Below, piece after piece: positions 47,301 to 56,690 of a stretch of 64,000 bases of DNA; position 1 is the first letter of the stretch; each line of letters opens with the position of its first letter. The notes under the pieces are model-generated. The model was not told the origin of the DNA. It did not search any database and saw only the letters and a program-made list of their open reading frames with translations. Source of the DNA: Bacteroidales bacterium (GTDB lineage: Bacteria > Bacteroidota > Bacteroidia > Bacteroidales > VadinHA17); NCBI GenBank assembly GCA_038245405.1, contig JBBRSO010000004.1, positions 1,216-65,215 on the forward strand. The letters are read 5' to 3'. A program made the translations under genes and the position numbers.

Positions 47301-48592
47301 TAGTATGATGGGAATACTGAAAGATCGAATCCTATCAACAGATCAAAATAAGGCATATTGAAAATGCCATCATTCCCGTTCAGGTAGCAGGGCACAAAAA
47401 TGATTTTAACTTTTGAATTCTGATTGTTAGTAATATTATTTGTTGCTATTCTGTTAAGCACAGGGTCTGATTCCGGATAGTGCAGGTTGTGAGTGAGATA
47501 CCTATCCCCATCATTGGCAGGGCCATTATTATAAAGTATATTGGAAATATCCTGTCGTGGGCCTTTATGATAAGCAGGGATAAGCAAAAAAACGATACAT
47601 TCTTTTTTTAAGGTCCCCAGATCCTGCATATCACTTATTGAATCAATGAGAATATCCACCCCTTTATTATGAAATTCGTATCTGCCGCTGTTGACAATCA
47701 AAACACAATCTTCAGAGACTTTATAACCCAGAACAGCTTCGGCTACAATCAGAAGCTTTTGCCTGGCTAAAAGTCTTCTTTCATCGAATATGTTGGCTGT
47801 GGGAACAAATGAATCTTCAAAACCATTTGGTGTAACAAAGTCAACTTTTTTACCCAGAAAATGAGAACATTCCCTTGATGTTATATCGCTTACAGTTGTA
47901 AAAACATCTGCTTCAGCGGCTGAGATCTTTTCGAGTGATTGTTTTGCTATAACATTGAATTCTCTTGCTATCTGAACGGGATTATAATTCTCCATTCCCC
48001 CGTAGAGAGGACGGTTATTCCCTGCAACTGATCTTCCAAGAACAGTAGCATGTGTAGTAAAAGAAGTGGCAATCCATGGAGCATATTTTTTCAGGTACAG
48101 AATGCCTGTACCGGTCATCCACTCATGAAACTGGGCGATAGTATTATGATGTTCATGGTAGAATGTTGAAAAGCTTTCAATAAGTTTACCGGCGGCATAT
48201 CCAAATAGCGCAGGTTCTATATAATCCCATTGCCCGGAAATACTATCAAGTTTATAGCTTTCCCAAAAATCTGCAAATATCTCATTCTGCTGTCCGAAAT
48301 ATGGTGTAAAATCAAGGAGCATAACAATAGGCTTACCTGAAATATTCCATCTTCCTGTTTTAACTCTCAGTCCTTCCGATGCTGCCCGTGCTTTCCATTC
48401 TACAAATAAGGAATCATCGGGAATAAATTCCGGATTAATTACATCCTCCCTCCAAACATCCGGTCCTATAAGAATGTAATTGTCTCCAAGTTCATTGACA
48501 ATTTTCAGAGCCTTGGTTGAGATGACCGTATGTATTCCCCCAACCTTGTTGCATACTTCCCAACTGGTTTCAAAAATGAATTCAACCTTCAT
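44369..48592 (-). CDS. Fusion protein: N-terminal eukaryote-type (GT3-like) glycogen synthase domain plus C-terminal alpha-glucan phosphorylase (GT35) domain
   Basis: 1407 aa. The N-terminus [22 protein letters not shown]...[10 protein letters not shown]...TVSDITSRE is glycogen-synthase-like. From about residue 640, [34 protein letters not shown]...HSNEGHSAF...SGKAHPND is alpha-glucan phosphorylase-like. Confidence 0.85.
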   Translation of the reverse strand: [1407 protein letters not shown]

Positions 48593-48619
48593 ATCTAGAA
48601 ATTATTTATTACTAAAGTT

Positions 48620-50143
48620 TTACTTTTTCTTTGGTTTTACCTTTTTAGTGGATTCAGGGGTTGTTTTTTCAGCTTTGGCATTCACCTTACTATTTTTCCC
48701 TCTAATTACCCGGACTAAAGCTGGCGCTTTAGTATGTTCCGGAGTAGCCGATCCGGATAGATTTTTGTCTGCTTTCAATGTTACAGATTTCGTTTTCCTT
48801 TTCACTATTTTACCGGCCGGAATTATTTTAGATATTTTCTTCGACAGCTTACCAATTTCTACATCTTGCCTTTCTATGAGCATTTCTTTTTCGATAAGCT
48901 GGGAAGCAAGTTTAAATATCTGATCCTGTTCAGCACTGTCGGGAAATAATTTGTTTAATCGTATTTCAAAGTCACTTAGCACGTTCATATAATTCATGAA
49001 AGCATCATATGGTGTTTCATAAGGATTAAAATAAGCATGAACTGCTCCATCGGAGAAAAACTTAGTTGCCATATAATAAAAATGGTCGCTTGACTGAAGG
49101 TATTCCCAGTCCTTCTTTATCAAAACATCGCTGCATCTATTTACCTTACCTACCAGGCTGTAAAGTTTATCCAGTGCAGCTACCTGAAGCTCATTACCCA
49201 GCCAGGCAGTGATATCGCGTTCCTCATCAGCCCAGGAAATCGGAGAGGGAATTCCTATGGCTGATACAGGTTGTAACGTATCTGCAATTTCAGTAGGAGT
49301 CATGAATTTGAAAGGCGTCTTTTTCAAGATAGCACCCGGCATAAATGCCAGAAAATCAAAGATTCCGGTTTCTTTCCAGTTATGTTCTCCAAAAGTTTCG
49401 TAATCAAGAAATATGTTTATCAGTTCGCTTTTTGAAGCAAGCTTATTTATCCAACCGGCGTATTTATCTGCTGTAAGCGGCCATGAGTTCCAATTTCTGT
49501 TTGAAAATTTGAATGCGATATCATCACTAAGTACAAAGTTTCTCAGGAGGACTTTCAAACGAGGGTTTAGCGAGTTGCAGTAAAGAAAATTAGGACTTTT
49601 CCATCCCAATACATGTTTTGCACCTTCAGTAAGCATCGATTTAAACCCCATATCTGCAACCCACGATCCAATGGTGTCGGAATAGATCAGCTCTGTATTA
49701 CGAAATGAAGTAGGAACAACACCCAGAAATTCCTTTAACATCGCTTTATGGCTTTCGACCTGCTGTTCAAATTCGAATTTACTCCGGAGTGATACAAGTG
49801 AATGTGAATTGGTTTCAGCAAGAAATTCAACCATACCTGTTTCAGCGAGCTTCCTGAAAGATTCCAGAACTTCCGGAGCGTAAAGCCTGAACTGGTTAAT
49901 GGCCAATCCGGAAAGGGAAAATGTAACTTTGAATTTCCCCTTATGCTTATTGATTAGGTCAAGAATAACTTTATTTGCAGGGATATAACATTTCTCTGCA
50001 ACTTTTCGCATTATGGATTCGTTTGAGAAATCGTCATAATAATAATGATCGTGACCGATATCAAAAAATCTGTATCTCTTTAACCTGAATGGCTGATGGA
50101 CCTGGAAATACAAACAAATGGCTTTTTTTGATGAAACACTCAT
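48620..50143 (-). CDS. Glycoside hydrolase family 57 protein with a Lys-rich C-terminal tail
   Basis: 507 aa. The N-terminus ICLYFQVHQPFRLKRY is typical of GH57. The last ~70 aa are basic and low-complexity. Confidence 0.8.
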   Translation of the reverse strand: MSVSSKKAICLYFQVHQPFRLKRYRFFDIGHDHYYYDDFSNESIMRKVAEKCYIPANKVILDLINKHKGKFKVTFSLSGLAINQFRLYAPEVLESFRKLAETGMVEFLAETNSHSLVSLRSKFEFEQQVESHKAMLKEFLGVVPTSFRNTELIYSDTIGSWVADMGFKSMLTEGAKHVLGWKSPNFLYCNSLNPRLKVLLRNFVLSDDIAFKFSNRNWNSWPLTADKYAGWINKLASKSELINIFLDYETFGEHNWKETGIFDFLAFMPGAILKKTPFKFMTPTEIADTLQPVSAIGIPSPISWADEERDITAWLGNELQVAALDKLYSLVGKVNRCSDVLIKKDWEYLQSSDHFYYMATKFFSDGAVHAYFNPYETPYDAFMNYMNVLSDFEIRLNKLFPDSAEQDQIFKLASQLIEKEMLIERQDVEIGKLSKKISKIIPAGKIVKRKTKSVTLKADKNLSGSATPEHTKAPALVRVIRGKNSKVNAKAEKTTPESTKKVKPKKK

Positions 50144-50146
50144 ATC

Positions 50147-51445
50147 TTAATTCATTTTATTTTCAATCACTCTGTAGTAAATATCACGAACATGTAGCGC
50201 AGAATTATCCCATTTAAGACGGATAACTTCTTCCTTTCCATTTTTAATAAACATATTGGAAAGTGCCGGGTAATTCAGGATCCCATAGATTGCGTCAGCC
50301 ATAGCATCTATATCCCAGAAATCGGTTTTAACAGCATGCGTAAGTATCTCAGCAACACCCGATTGTTTACTTATTATTACCGGCACATTCGACTGCATAG
50401 CTTCAAGTGGAGATATTCCGAAAGGTTCTGAAACCGAGGGCATAATATATACATCGCTCATGTCGAGCATTGTAAATACATCAGTACCCTTTAGAAACCC
50501 TGTAAAATGGAACCGGTCAGTTATTTTTAATGCAGCTGCCCTGCGCATCATCCTTTCCATCATGTCTCCGGAACCTGCCATTACGAATCTTACATTATTC
50601 ATAACCTGCAACACCTTATAAGCAGCTTCAATAAAATATTCAGGACCTTTCTGCATTGTTATACGTCCGAGGAATGTCACAACTTTTTCATCGAACCCTT
50701 TCTTTATCGCACAATCTTCGTCAATATTCACAGGTTCAACAGCATTATAAACTGTTTCTACTTTGTCGGGATTAATGTTATACTTTTTAATAACGATATC
50801 CCTGGTAAGGTTGCTTACAGTAATAATTTTTGATGCAGCATCCATCCCGCTTTTTTCGATCCGGTAAACATCCGGATTAACGCTACCGCCGCTACGGTCA
50901 AAATCTGTTGCATGAACGTGTATTACAAGTGGTTTTCCGGAGACCTCCATGGCAGCAATTCCAGCAGGATAAGCAAGCCAGTCATGAGCGTGAATAATAT
51001 CAAACTCATTTTCGTCAGCAATTACCGAGGCTACTACCGAATATTTATAGATTTCATCCATCAGGTCCTGGTCATATTTTCCTGAAAAATCCACCTTGCC
51101 CTTGTTATTTGTTTTTACATAAAAATTATATCCTGATACCTCAGAATTAACCATTTTATAAAAATTTTCAGGGTCGGTATAAGGAACAATTTTTGAGCTG
51201 ACTTCAATTCTCTCAACAGGTCTTCTGAAACCTTTATAAAAAACTGTTTTAAACGCTACCGGTATCTGGTTTGCTCCTACCAGCCTTACCATAGTCTGAT
51301 CTTCATCGCCCCATGCTTTGGGAACTACAAATATTACCTCGAGGTCTTCGAGTGTTGCCATACCTTTTGTAAGACCATAGCTGGCAGTACCTAACCCACC
51401 TGAAATATGAGGCGGAAATTCCCATCCGAACATTAACACACGCAT
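50147..51445 (-). CDS. GT4/GT5-like glycosyltransferase (glycogen-synthase-like)
   Basis: 432 aa. MRVLMFGWEFPPHISGGLGTA at the N-terminus and a C-terminal PSVSEPFGISPLEAM (EX7E context). Confidence 0.8.
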   Translation of the reverse strand: MRVLMFGWEFPPHISGGLGTASYGLTKGMATLEDLEVIFVVPKAWGDEDQTMVRLVGANQIPVAFKTVFYKGFRRPVERIEVSSKIVPYTDPENFYKMVNSEVSGYNFYVKTNNKGKVDFSGKYDQDLMDEIYKYSVVASVIADENEFDIIHAHDWLAYPAGIAAMEVSGKPLVIHVHATDFDRSGGSVNPDVYRIEKSGMDAASKIITVSNLTRDIVIKKYNINPDKVETVYNAVEPVNIDEDCAIKKGFDEKVVTFLGRITMQKGPEYFIEAAYKVLQVMNNVRFVMAGSGDMMERMMRRAAALKITDRFHFTGFLKGTDVFTMLDMSDVYIMPSVSEPFGISPLEAMQSNVPVIISKQSGVAEILTHAVKTDFWDIDAMADAIYGILNYPALSNMFIKNGKEEVIRLKWDNSALHVRDIYYRVIENKMN

Positions 51446-51457
51446 AATATACCTATG

Positions 51458-53407
51458 TTATTGATTTGCAAATTTTGTTTCAAGTATGTCGATAACCCTC
51501 AGAACCTCACCCACGCTCCAGGCTTGCGATATTGTACCCCGTGGCAAATGAGGAGGATCTCCATCATAAATTTCAGAAATAGTGCTTATTCCGTGTTCGC
51601 TCATAACAGCTTCAAGGCCAAAAATCAGTTTTCTCACTTTCTGAACTCCCTGCTGTCCATATACTCTCAGCCATCCTTCACAGAATGGTCCTAAAAGCCA
51701 TGGCCATACTGTACCCTGATGATAGGCATTATCTCTTGTTTTCTGATTACCCGAACATGTTCCCTTATAAAACTCATTGCGTGGAGAGAGGGTCCTGAGT
51801 CCCCTCACAGTTACAAGGTCTTTATCGGCAAGATCCAAAATAGTTTTCATCTGCGGCTTTTCCAGCATTGTGTAGGGTAAGGATAAAGCAATCAGCATGT
51901 TAGGTCTCAGAAACATATTTTTTCCTTCTTCATCATTTACATAATCGGCCAGATAGCCCATCTTCTCATCCCAAAATAATTCCAGAAAAGATTTTTTTAT
52001 CAGATCAGGCAGTTTTTCATATTCCTTTAAAAAGCGCTTATCTTTAGCTAAAGCAGCCATCTCAAGACAATAGCATATCGCATTATACCACAATGCCTGA
52101 ATTTCTATAGCAAACCCCCTTCTGGGTGTTACAGGAGTACCATTAACAACAGCGTCCATCCATGTAAGAGCTTTCCCGGGAGCACTGGCGTAAATAAGAC
52201 CATTCTCTCTCATGTGTATGTTAAAACCGGTGCCATTCTTAAATGCTTCCAGTACTGATTTAGCTGCCTCCCCATATTTTTCCCAACCATCGGTGCCGCC
52301 ATGTTCCTTATATTGCTGAATAGCCCAGAAAAACCAAAGAGGAGCATCTACAGAGTTAAATGCCGGGTTAGCATCGTTACCCATATTTGGAAACAATCCA
52401 TCTTTAATTTTGTTAACCTGCGTGTCGAGCACTTCCCTGTAAAGTACTAATCTATGCCTGGCCAGCGCTAACCCAGGAAGAGCAATAAATGTATCCCTTC
52501 CCCATGATCCAAACCAGGGATATCCTGCAATAATAAGCGTCTTGCCACCTCTTTTTTCAACGAACTGCTGTGCTGCATTCTTGAGACAGCTTAAAAAGCT
52601 ATCACGCAGGAACTTTCCTGAAACAGTTCTGGTAAATTTTTGTTTCAGACCCGCTGTCTTTTCCTCCTTCGTTGAGGCAGAAAAAACAATTACATCTCCT
52701 TTTTTTGCTTTGAGTTCAAAAAAGCCAGGAGTGAAAAGATCTTCGGTAAAATCATATCCTCTCTTTTGTTCTTCAATATATTCAACACCCAGATACCAGT
52801 CTGGAACCGATACAATCTCCACAGCTGTTGAAAATTGCATATTAAGAGAAGGAAATCCCTCGTACATTTTCGATCTTATACCGTTCTCAATGAAATCAAC
52901 CTTTGTATTTGCATACATATTGGCATGAGTGAGCTCATGAATATTTCTGAATGCCAGAAAGGGGCGAAAATGTAGTGTCATCGGTTCGCTGGCGTCAAGA
53001 ATTGTAATCCTCATAAGCAACTGTTCCTCGTAATGGCAAAAAAGACTTTCCTGCTTAAAGATCACATTGCCGACTCTGTAAATTCTCGAAGGTATGTTTT
53101 CAGCATCAAAATCCTCAATATATTTATGTCCCTTCGGGCTAAAATAATCGCCCTTATATTTTCTGATACCAGTATTAAATCGCTTATCCTTGTTAACTAC
53201 CGTGACATCGAGTGCAGAAAGTAAAACAAACCTCTCACCTCCAAGAGCATCGACAGGGCAAACCAGTAACCCATGGTATTTTCTGGTATTGCAACCGACA
53301 ATTGTTGTTGATGAATATGATCCTGCTCTGTTTGTCCTTAAAATTTCTCTTGACAGTGAATACTCAAGGTTAACCGCCTGTTCTTTTTCGAACTTAATAT
53401 AACTCAT
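51458..53407 (-). CDS. Glycogen debranching enzyme-like (amylo-alpha-1,6-glucosidase family)
   Basis: 649 aa. An N-terminal GDE_N-like region and a C-terminal (alpha/alpha)6 region with GYPWFGSWGRDTFI and YHQGTVWPWLLG. Confidence 0.8.
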   Translation of the reverse strand: MSYIKFEKEQAVNLEYSLSREILRTNRAGSYSSTTIVGCNTRKYHGLLVCPVDALGGERFVLLSALDVTVVNKDKRFNTGIRKYKGDYFSPKGHKYIEDFDAENIPSRIYRVGNVIFKQESLFCHYEEQLLMRITILDASEPMTLHFRPFLAFRNIHELTHANMYANTKVDFIENGIRSKMYEGFPSLNMQFSTAVEIVSVPDWYLGVEYIEEQKRGYDFTEDLFTPGFFELKAKKGDVIVFSASTKEEKTAGLKQKFTRTVSGKFLRDSFLSCLKNAAQQFVEKRGGKTLIIAGYPWFGSWGRDTFIALPGLALARHRLVLYREVLDTQVNKIKDGLFPNMGNDANPAFNSVDAPLWFFWAIQQYKEHGGTDGWEKYGEAAKSVLEAFKNGTGFNIHMRENGLIYASAPGKALTWMDAVVNGTPVTPRRGFAIEIQALWYNAICYCLEMAALAKDKRFLKEYEKLPDLIKKSFLELFWDEKMGYLADYVNDEEGKNMFLRPNMLIALSLPYTMLEKPQMKTILDLADKDLVTVRGLRTLSPRNEFYKGTCSGNQKTRDNAYHQGTVWPWLLGPFCEGWLRVYGQQGVQKVRKLIFGLEAVMSEHGISTISEIYDGDPPHLPRGTISQAWSVGEVLRVIDILETKFANQ

Positions 53408-53537
53408 ATACTTACAATTTGAATTATCAATGAAAAACTATGTAATGTAAGAATAATAATTGAAGGCTACAAATCATCGGAACCCAGATGGAAAATTAAT
53501 AAAAATTCTTAAAAGTATTGACGGATTAAAAAAAGAA

Positions 53538-53545
53538 TAACTTTG
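53538..53545 (+). promoter_or_regulatory. Candidate -7 box TAACTTTG upstream of the first TlpA-like gene
   Basis: TAnnTTTG match 43 nt upstream of ATG 53588. Confidence 0.45.
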
Positions 53546-53587
53546 CATTTCAATCTTGAAAATAATTATCAATTAACAATTTACTTG

Positions 53588-54751
53588 ATGAGCAAAAAGC
53601 TTTTTTTCTTACTCTTTATAGCATTGGCCTTTGTTGCATGCAAAAAGAATACAGCAAAGATTTCAGGTACTATAGTAAACCCTGCAGTCGGCACATATAT
53701 ATATCTTGATGAATTAAAATCAAATCAACTCAAAGCAATTGATTCAGTTAAGATTACGTCGAATGGTGAATTTTCTTTCAGCAAAGAGTTGAAACAACCA
53801 TCATTCTATCTCCTGAAAAAAACAAATGCTAATTTCCTGACTTTGCTTGTTGAGCCCGGCGAAAAAGTAAATCTGAAATTGCAAAATGATTCACTAGGTA
53901 TTCCTATTTCAACTGAAGGATCCAAAGGTACCCTTCTTATGTCGGAGTATAACAAGACGCTTCGGGCGACAATAAAAAAGCTTACCGGTCTGAATTCGAT
54001 ATATACACAGAATGCAGATAAGCCCGGGCTCCCGGAATTGGTTCAATCACTCGATAGCATGGCTCAGTCTTATCTCAACGAGATAAACTTGTATACCAAA
54101 AAATATATTGATGATAATATCAATTCGCTGGTCAGCCTGGTGGCTTTATATCAACAGGTTGCACCAAGCGTATACATCATGAATCCTTCAAAGGACATGA
54201 AATATTTTTTAAAGGTTGACTCTTCTATGTTCAGCATGTATCCAACATACGAGCCTGTAGCAGGTCTTCATGAACAAGTTAAAGAGATTGCCGCAAAAAT
54301 GAAAGGGACTACGCCTGATGCAGTGGAAGCTATTTCCGGTACACTTGCAGCCGAAATTACGCTCCCTACGCCTGAAGGAGATACAGTAAAACTTTCTTCT
54401 ACAAGAGGCTCAATCGTCCTTCTTGATTTCTGGGCATCATGGTGCGGTCCGTGCAGAAAAGAAAATCCAAACCTGGTAAATGCTTATAATAAATATCACA
54501 AAAGGGGATTCCAGATATATCAGGTATCACTCGACAAGACAAGAGAGGCCTGGATGAATGGAATCAAAGAAGATCATCTTGAAAAATGGATTCATGTGAG
54601 TGATATAAAATACTGGAATTCTTCAGTGGTACCTCTGTATAAAATTGAATCAATACCGACAAATTATCTACTCGACAAAGAGGGACATATTATAGCATCA
54701 AATCTCAGAGGAGAGAACCTTCAAAATAAACTTGCTGAAATATTTAAGTAA
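53588..54751 (+). CDS. TlpA-family thiol:disulfide oxidoreductase lipoprotein
   Basis: The track ORF starts at 53543; ATG 53588 gives MSKKLFFLLFIALAFVAC (lipobox). C-terminal thioredoxin fold with active site WASWCGPC. Confidence 0.85.
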   Translation: MSKKLFFLLFIALAFVACKKNTAKISGTIVNPAVGTYIYLDELKSNQLKAIDSVKITSNGEFSFSKELKQPSFYLLKKTNANFLTLLVEPGEKVNLKLQNDSLGIPISTEGSKGTLLMSEYNKTLRATIKKLTGLNSIYTQNADKPGLPELVQSLDSMAQSYLNEINLYTKKYIDDNINSLVSLVALYQQVAPSVYIMNPSKDMKYFLKVDSSMFSMYPTYEPVAGLHEQVKEIAAKMKGTTPDAVEAISGTLAAEITLPTPEGDTVKLSSTRGSIVLLDFWASWCGPCRKENPNLVNAYNKYHKRGFQIYQVSLDKTREAWMNGIKEDHLEKWIHVSDIKYWNSSVVPLYKIESIPTNYLLDKEGHIIASNLRGENLQNKLAEIFK

Positions 54752-54773
54752 TCAACTGGAAAAGAAAATCTTA

Positions 54774-55934
54774 ATGAAACGAATTCTATTTCTCCTGTCT
54801 CTGGTACTGTTGCTTGCAGGATGTAACGACAAAACAAAATTCAGTGTCAGCGGTGTTATCAAAGATTCAAAAGCAAAGTATATTTTTCTCAACAGGGTGG
54901 AGGTTAATACACCGGTATTTATCGACTCGGCAAAAATCAATAAAAACGGATCATTCCAGTTTAAAGTAAAAGCCAAAGAAGCTGATTTTTACCAGCTTGG
55001 ATTTAATACCTCCGATTTTATCACTCTTCTTGCAAAACCCGGTGAGAAAATTCACATTACATTTAATGGCAAAAATCTCTACGACAATTATATAATCAAA
55101 GGATCTCCTGAAACAGAGAAGCTTCAGAAACTTGATGACGATCTGGCTGAAACAAAAATAAAGCTTGATTCACTCAGTGCTCTTTACTCAAAAGCTTCTG
55201 AAGAAGCCGGATTTGACACAAAAGGCCCTGCATTACAGACAGAGTATACAGGTGTTATTAAAGCTCAGCGCAGAAAAAACATTGAATTCATAATTAATAA
55301 TATCAACTCTCTGGCTTCAATTAAGGCGCTATACCAGAGAATAAACCCCGATACGTATGTTTTATATGATCCTCATGACCTCCAGTACCTTAAAATAGTA
55401 ACCGATTCACTCCGGCTCCATTACCCGAATTCAAAACAGGTACAGGCACTGGCACGCGACTTTGAAAAAGAAATGAACCAGCTGTATGTGTCGAAGATTC
55501 AGGAGATCGCAAAAGATATTCCTAAAACAAACCTCGATCCTGTACTGAAAAACATTAATGGTGAACGTATTGCTTTGTCATCGCTTAAAGGCAAATATGT
55601 ATTACTTACTTTTTGGTCGGTGAATTCCAAAGAATGCCTGGCGGAAAATCTACAACTGAAACAATATTACAAGCTGTACAACAAAAAAGGATTTGAAATT
55701 TATCAGGTCAACCTCGATGAGAATGAAGCCAGATGGAAAGCAGCAGTCAAATTTGATGAGCTTCCTTGGATCAGCACAAGGGAAGATGACCCAAGGGATC
55801 CCAAAAATGCTATTTTGTTTAATGTTAAAAGTCTGCCTGCTAATTACTTTTTTGATAAGGAAAGTAATATTATGGCTTCAGACCTTCACGGCAGAGCGCT
55901 TCAAATTAAACTCGATCAGCTTTTTAATAAATAG
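54774..55934 (+). CDS. TlpA-like thioredoxin-fold lipoprotein with a degenerate active site
   Basis: The track start 54732 is TTG; ATG 54774 gives MKRILFLLSLVLLLAGC. Same architecture as the upstream paralogue, but the CxxC position reads FWSVNSKEC (SxxC). Confidence 0.75.
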   Translation: MKRILFLLSLVLLLAGCNDKTKFSVSGVIKDSKAKYIFLNRVEVNTPVFIDSAKINKNGSFQFKVKAKEADFYQLGFNTSDFITLLAKPGEKIHITFNGKNLYDNYIIKGSPETEKLQKLDDDLAETKIKLDSLSALYSKASEEAGFDTKGPALQTEYTGVIKAQRRKNIEFIINNINSLASIKALYQRINPDTYVLYDPHDLQYLKIVTDSLRLHYPNSKQVQALARDFEKEMNQLYVSKIQEIAKDIPKTNLDPVLKNINGERIALSSLKGKYVLLTFWSVNSKECLAENLQLKQYYKLYNKKGFEIYQVNLDENEARWKAAVKFDELPWISTREDDPRDPKNAILFNVKSLPANYFFDKESNIMASDLHGRALQIKLDQLFNK

Positions 55935-55943
55935 ATCCAACCC

Positions 55944-56690
55944 TTGACCGAAACAGGAAAAATATATTTTGCTTCTGATTTTCATCTTGGTCTCCCCACA
56001 GGTTCTCCTCCCCTTGAAAGAGAAAAAAAGGTAGTGGCCTGGCTGAATACCGCTGCACCTGACGCTAAAGAAATATACCTGCTTGGTGATATCTTCGATT
56101 TCTGGTGGGAATATAAAAAAGTAGTGCCCCGAGGTTTCACAAGATTTTTGGGAACAATCTCCGAAATTACAGATTCCGGCATTCCAGTTCATTTCTTTAC
56201 AGGGAATCACGACATGTGGGTGGGCAACTATCTGTCAGATGAATGTAGTATGATAATCCATAAACAACCGCTAACTGCTGTTTTTAACGGGAAAAGATTT
56301 CATCTTGCCCATGGTGAAGGATTAGGCACAAACAGCAAGGGATATAAAATACTTCTGGCAATATTCAGAAACAAACCCCTGCAAGTTATGTATTCTGCAA
56401 TGCATCCATCAATTGGGCTCGGAATCGGTCATAAATGGTCACTTAGCTCCCGTTTGGGAAAAGGGATAACAAAAGAATATCTGGGAGAAGACAAGGAGGA
56501 CCTGATGAGGTACGCAAAATCGATCCTGAAAAATGAAAGAATAGATTATTTTATTTTCGGTCATCGCCATCTCGCTATGACAATAAAAATGACGCCTCAA
56601 TCTGAAATAATATTTCTTGGCGACTGGATAAAAAATGGAAGTTATGCAGAATGGGATGGGAAGGAACTTACTTTCAGAGTGATAACCTAA
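55944..56690 (+). CDS. lpxH: UDP-2,3-diacylglucosamine diphosphatase (LpxH-like metallophosphoesterase)
   Basis: 248 aa with a TTG start in the track. IYFASDFHLG, GDIFDFWWEY and GNHD are calcineurin-like phosphoesterase motifs in LpxH order. Confidence 0.75.
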   Translation: MTETGKIYFASDFHLGLPTGSPPLEREKKVVAWLNTAAPDAKEIYLLGDIFDFWWEYKKVVPRGFTRFLGTISEITDSGIPVHFFTGNHDMWVGNYLSDECSMIIHKQPLTAVFNGKRFHLAHGEGLGTNSKGYKILLAIFRNKPLQVMYSAMHPSIGLGIGHKWSLSSRLGKGITKEYLGEDKEDLMRYAKSILKNERIDYFIFGHRHLAMTIKMTPQSEIIFLGDWIKNGSYAEWDGKELTFRVIT

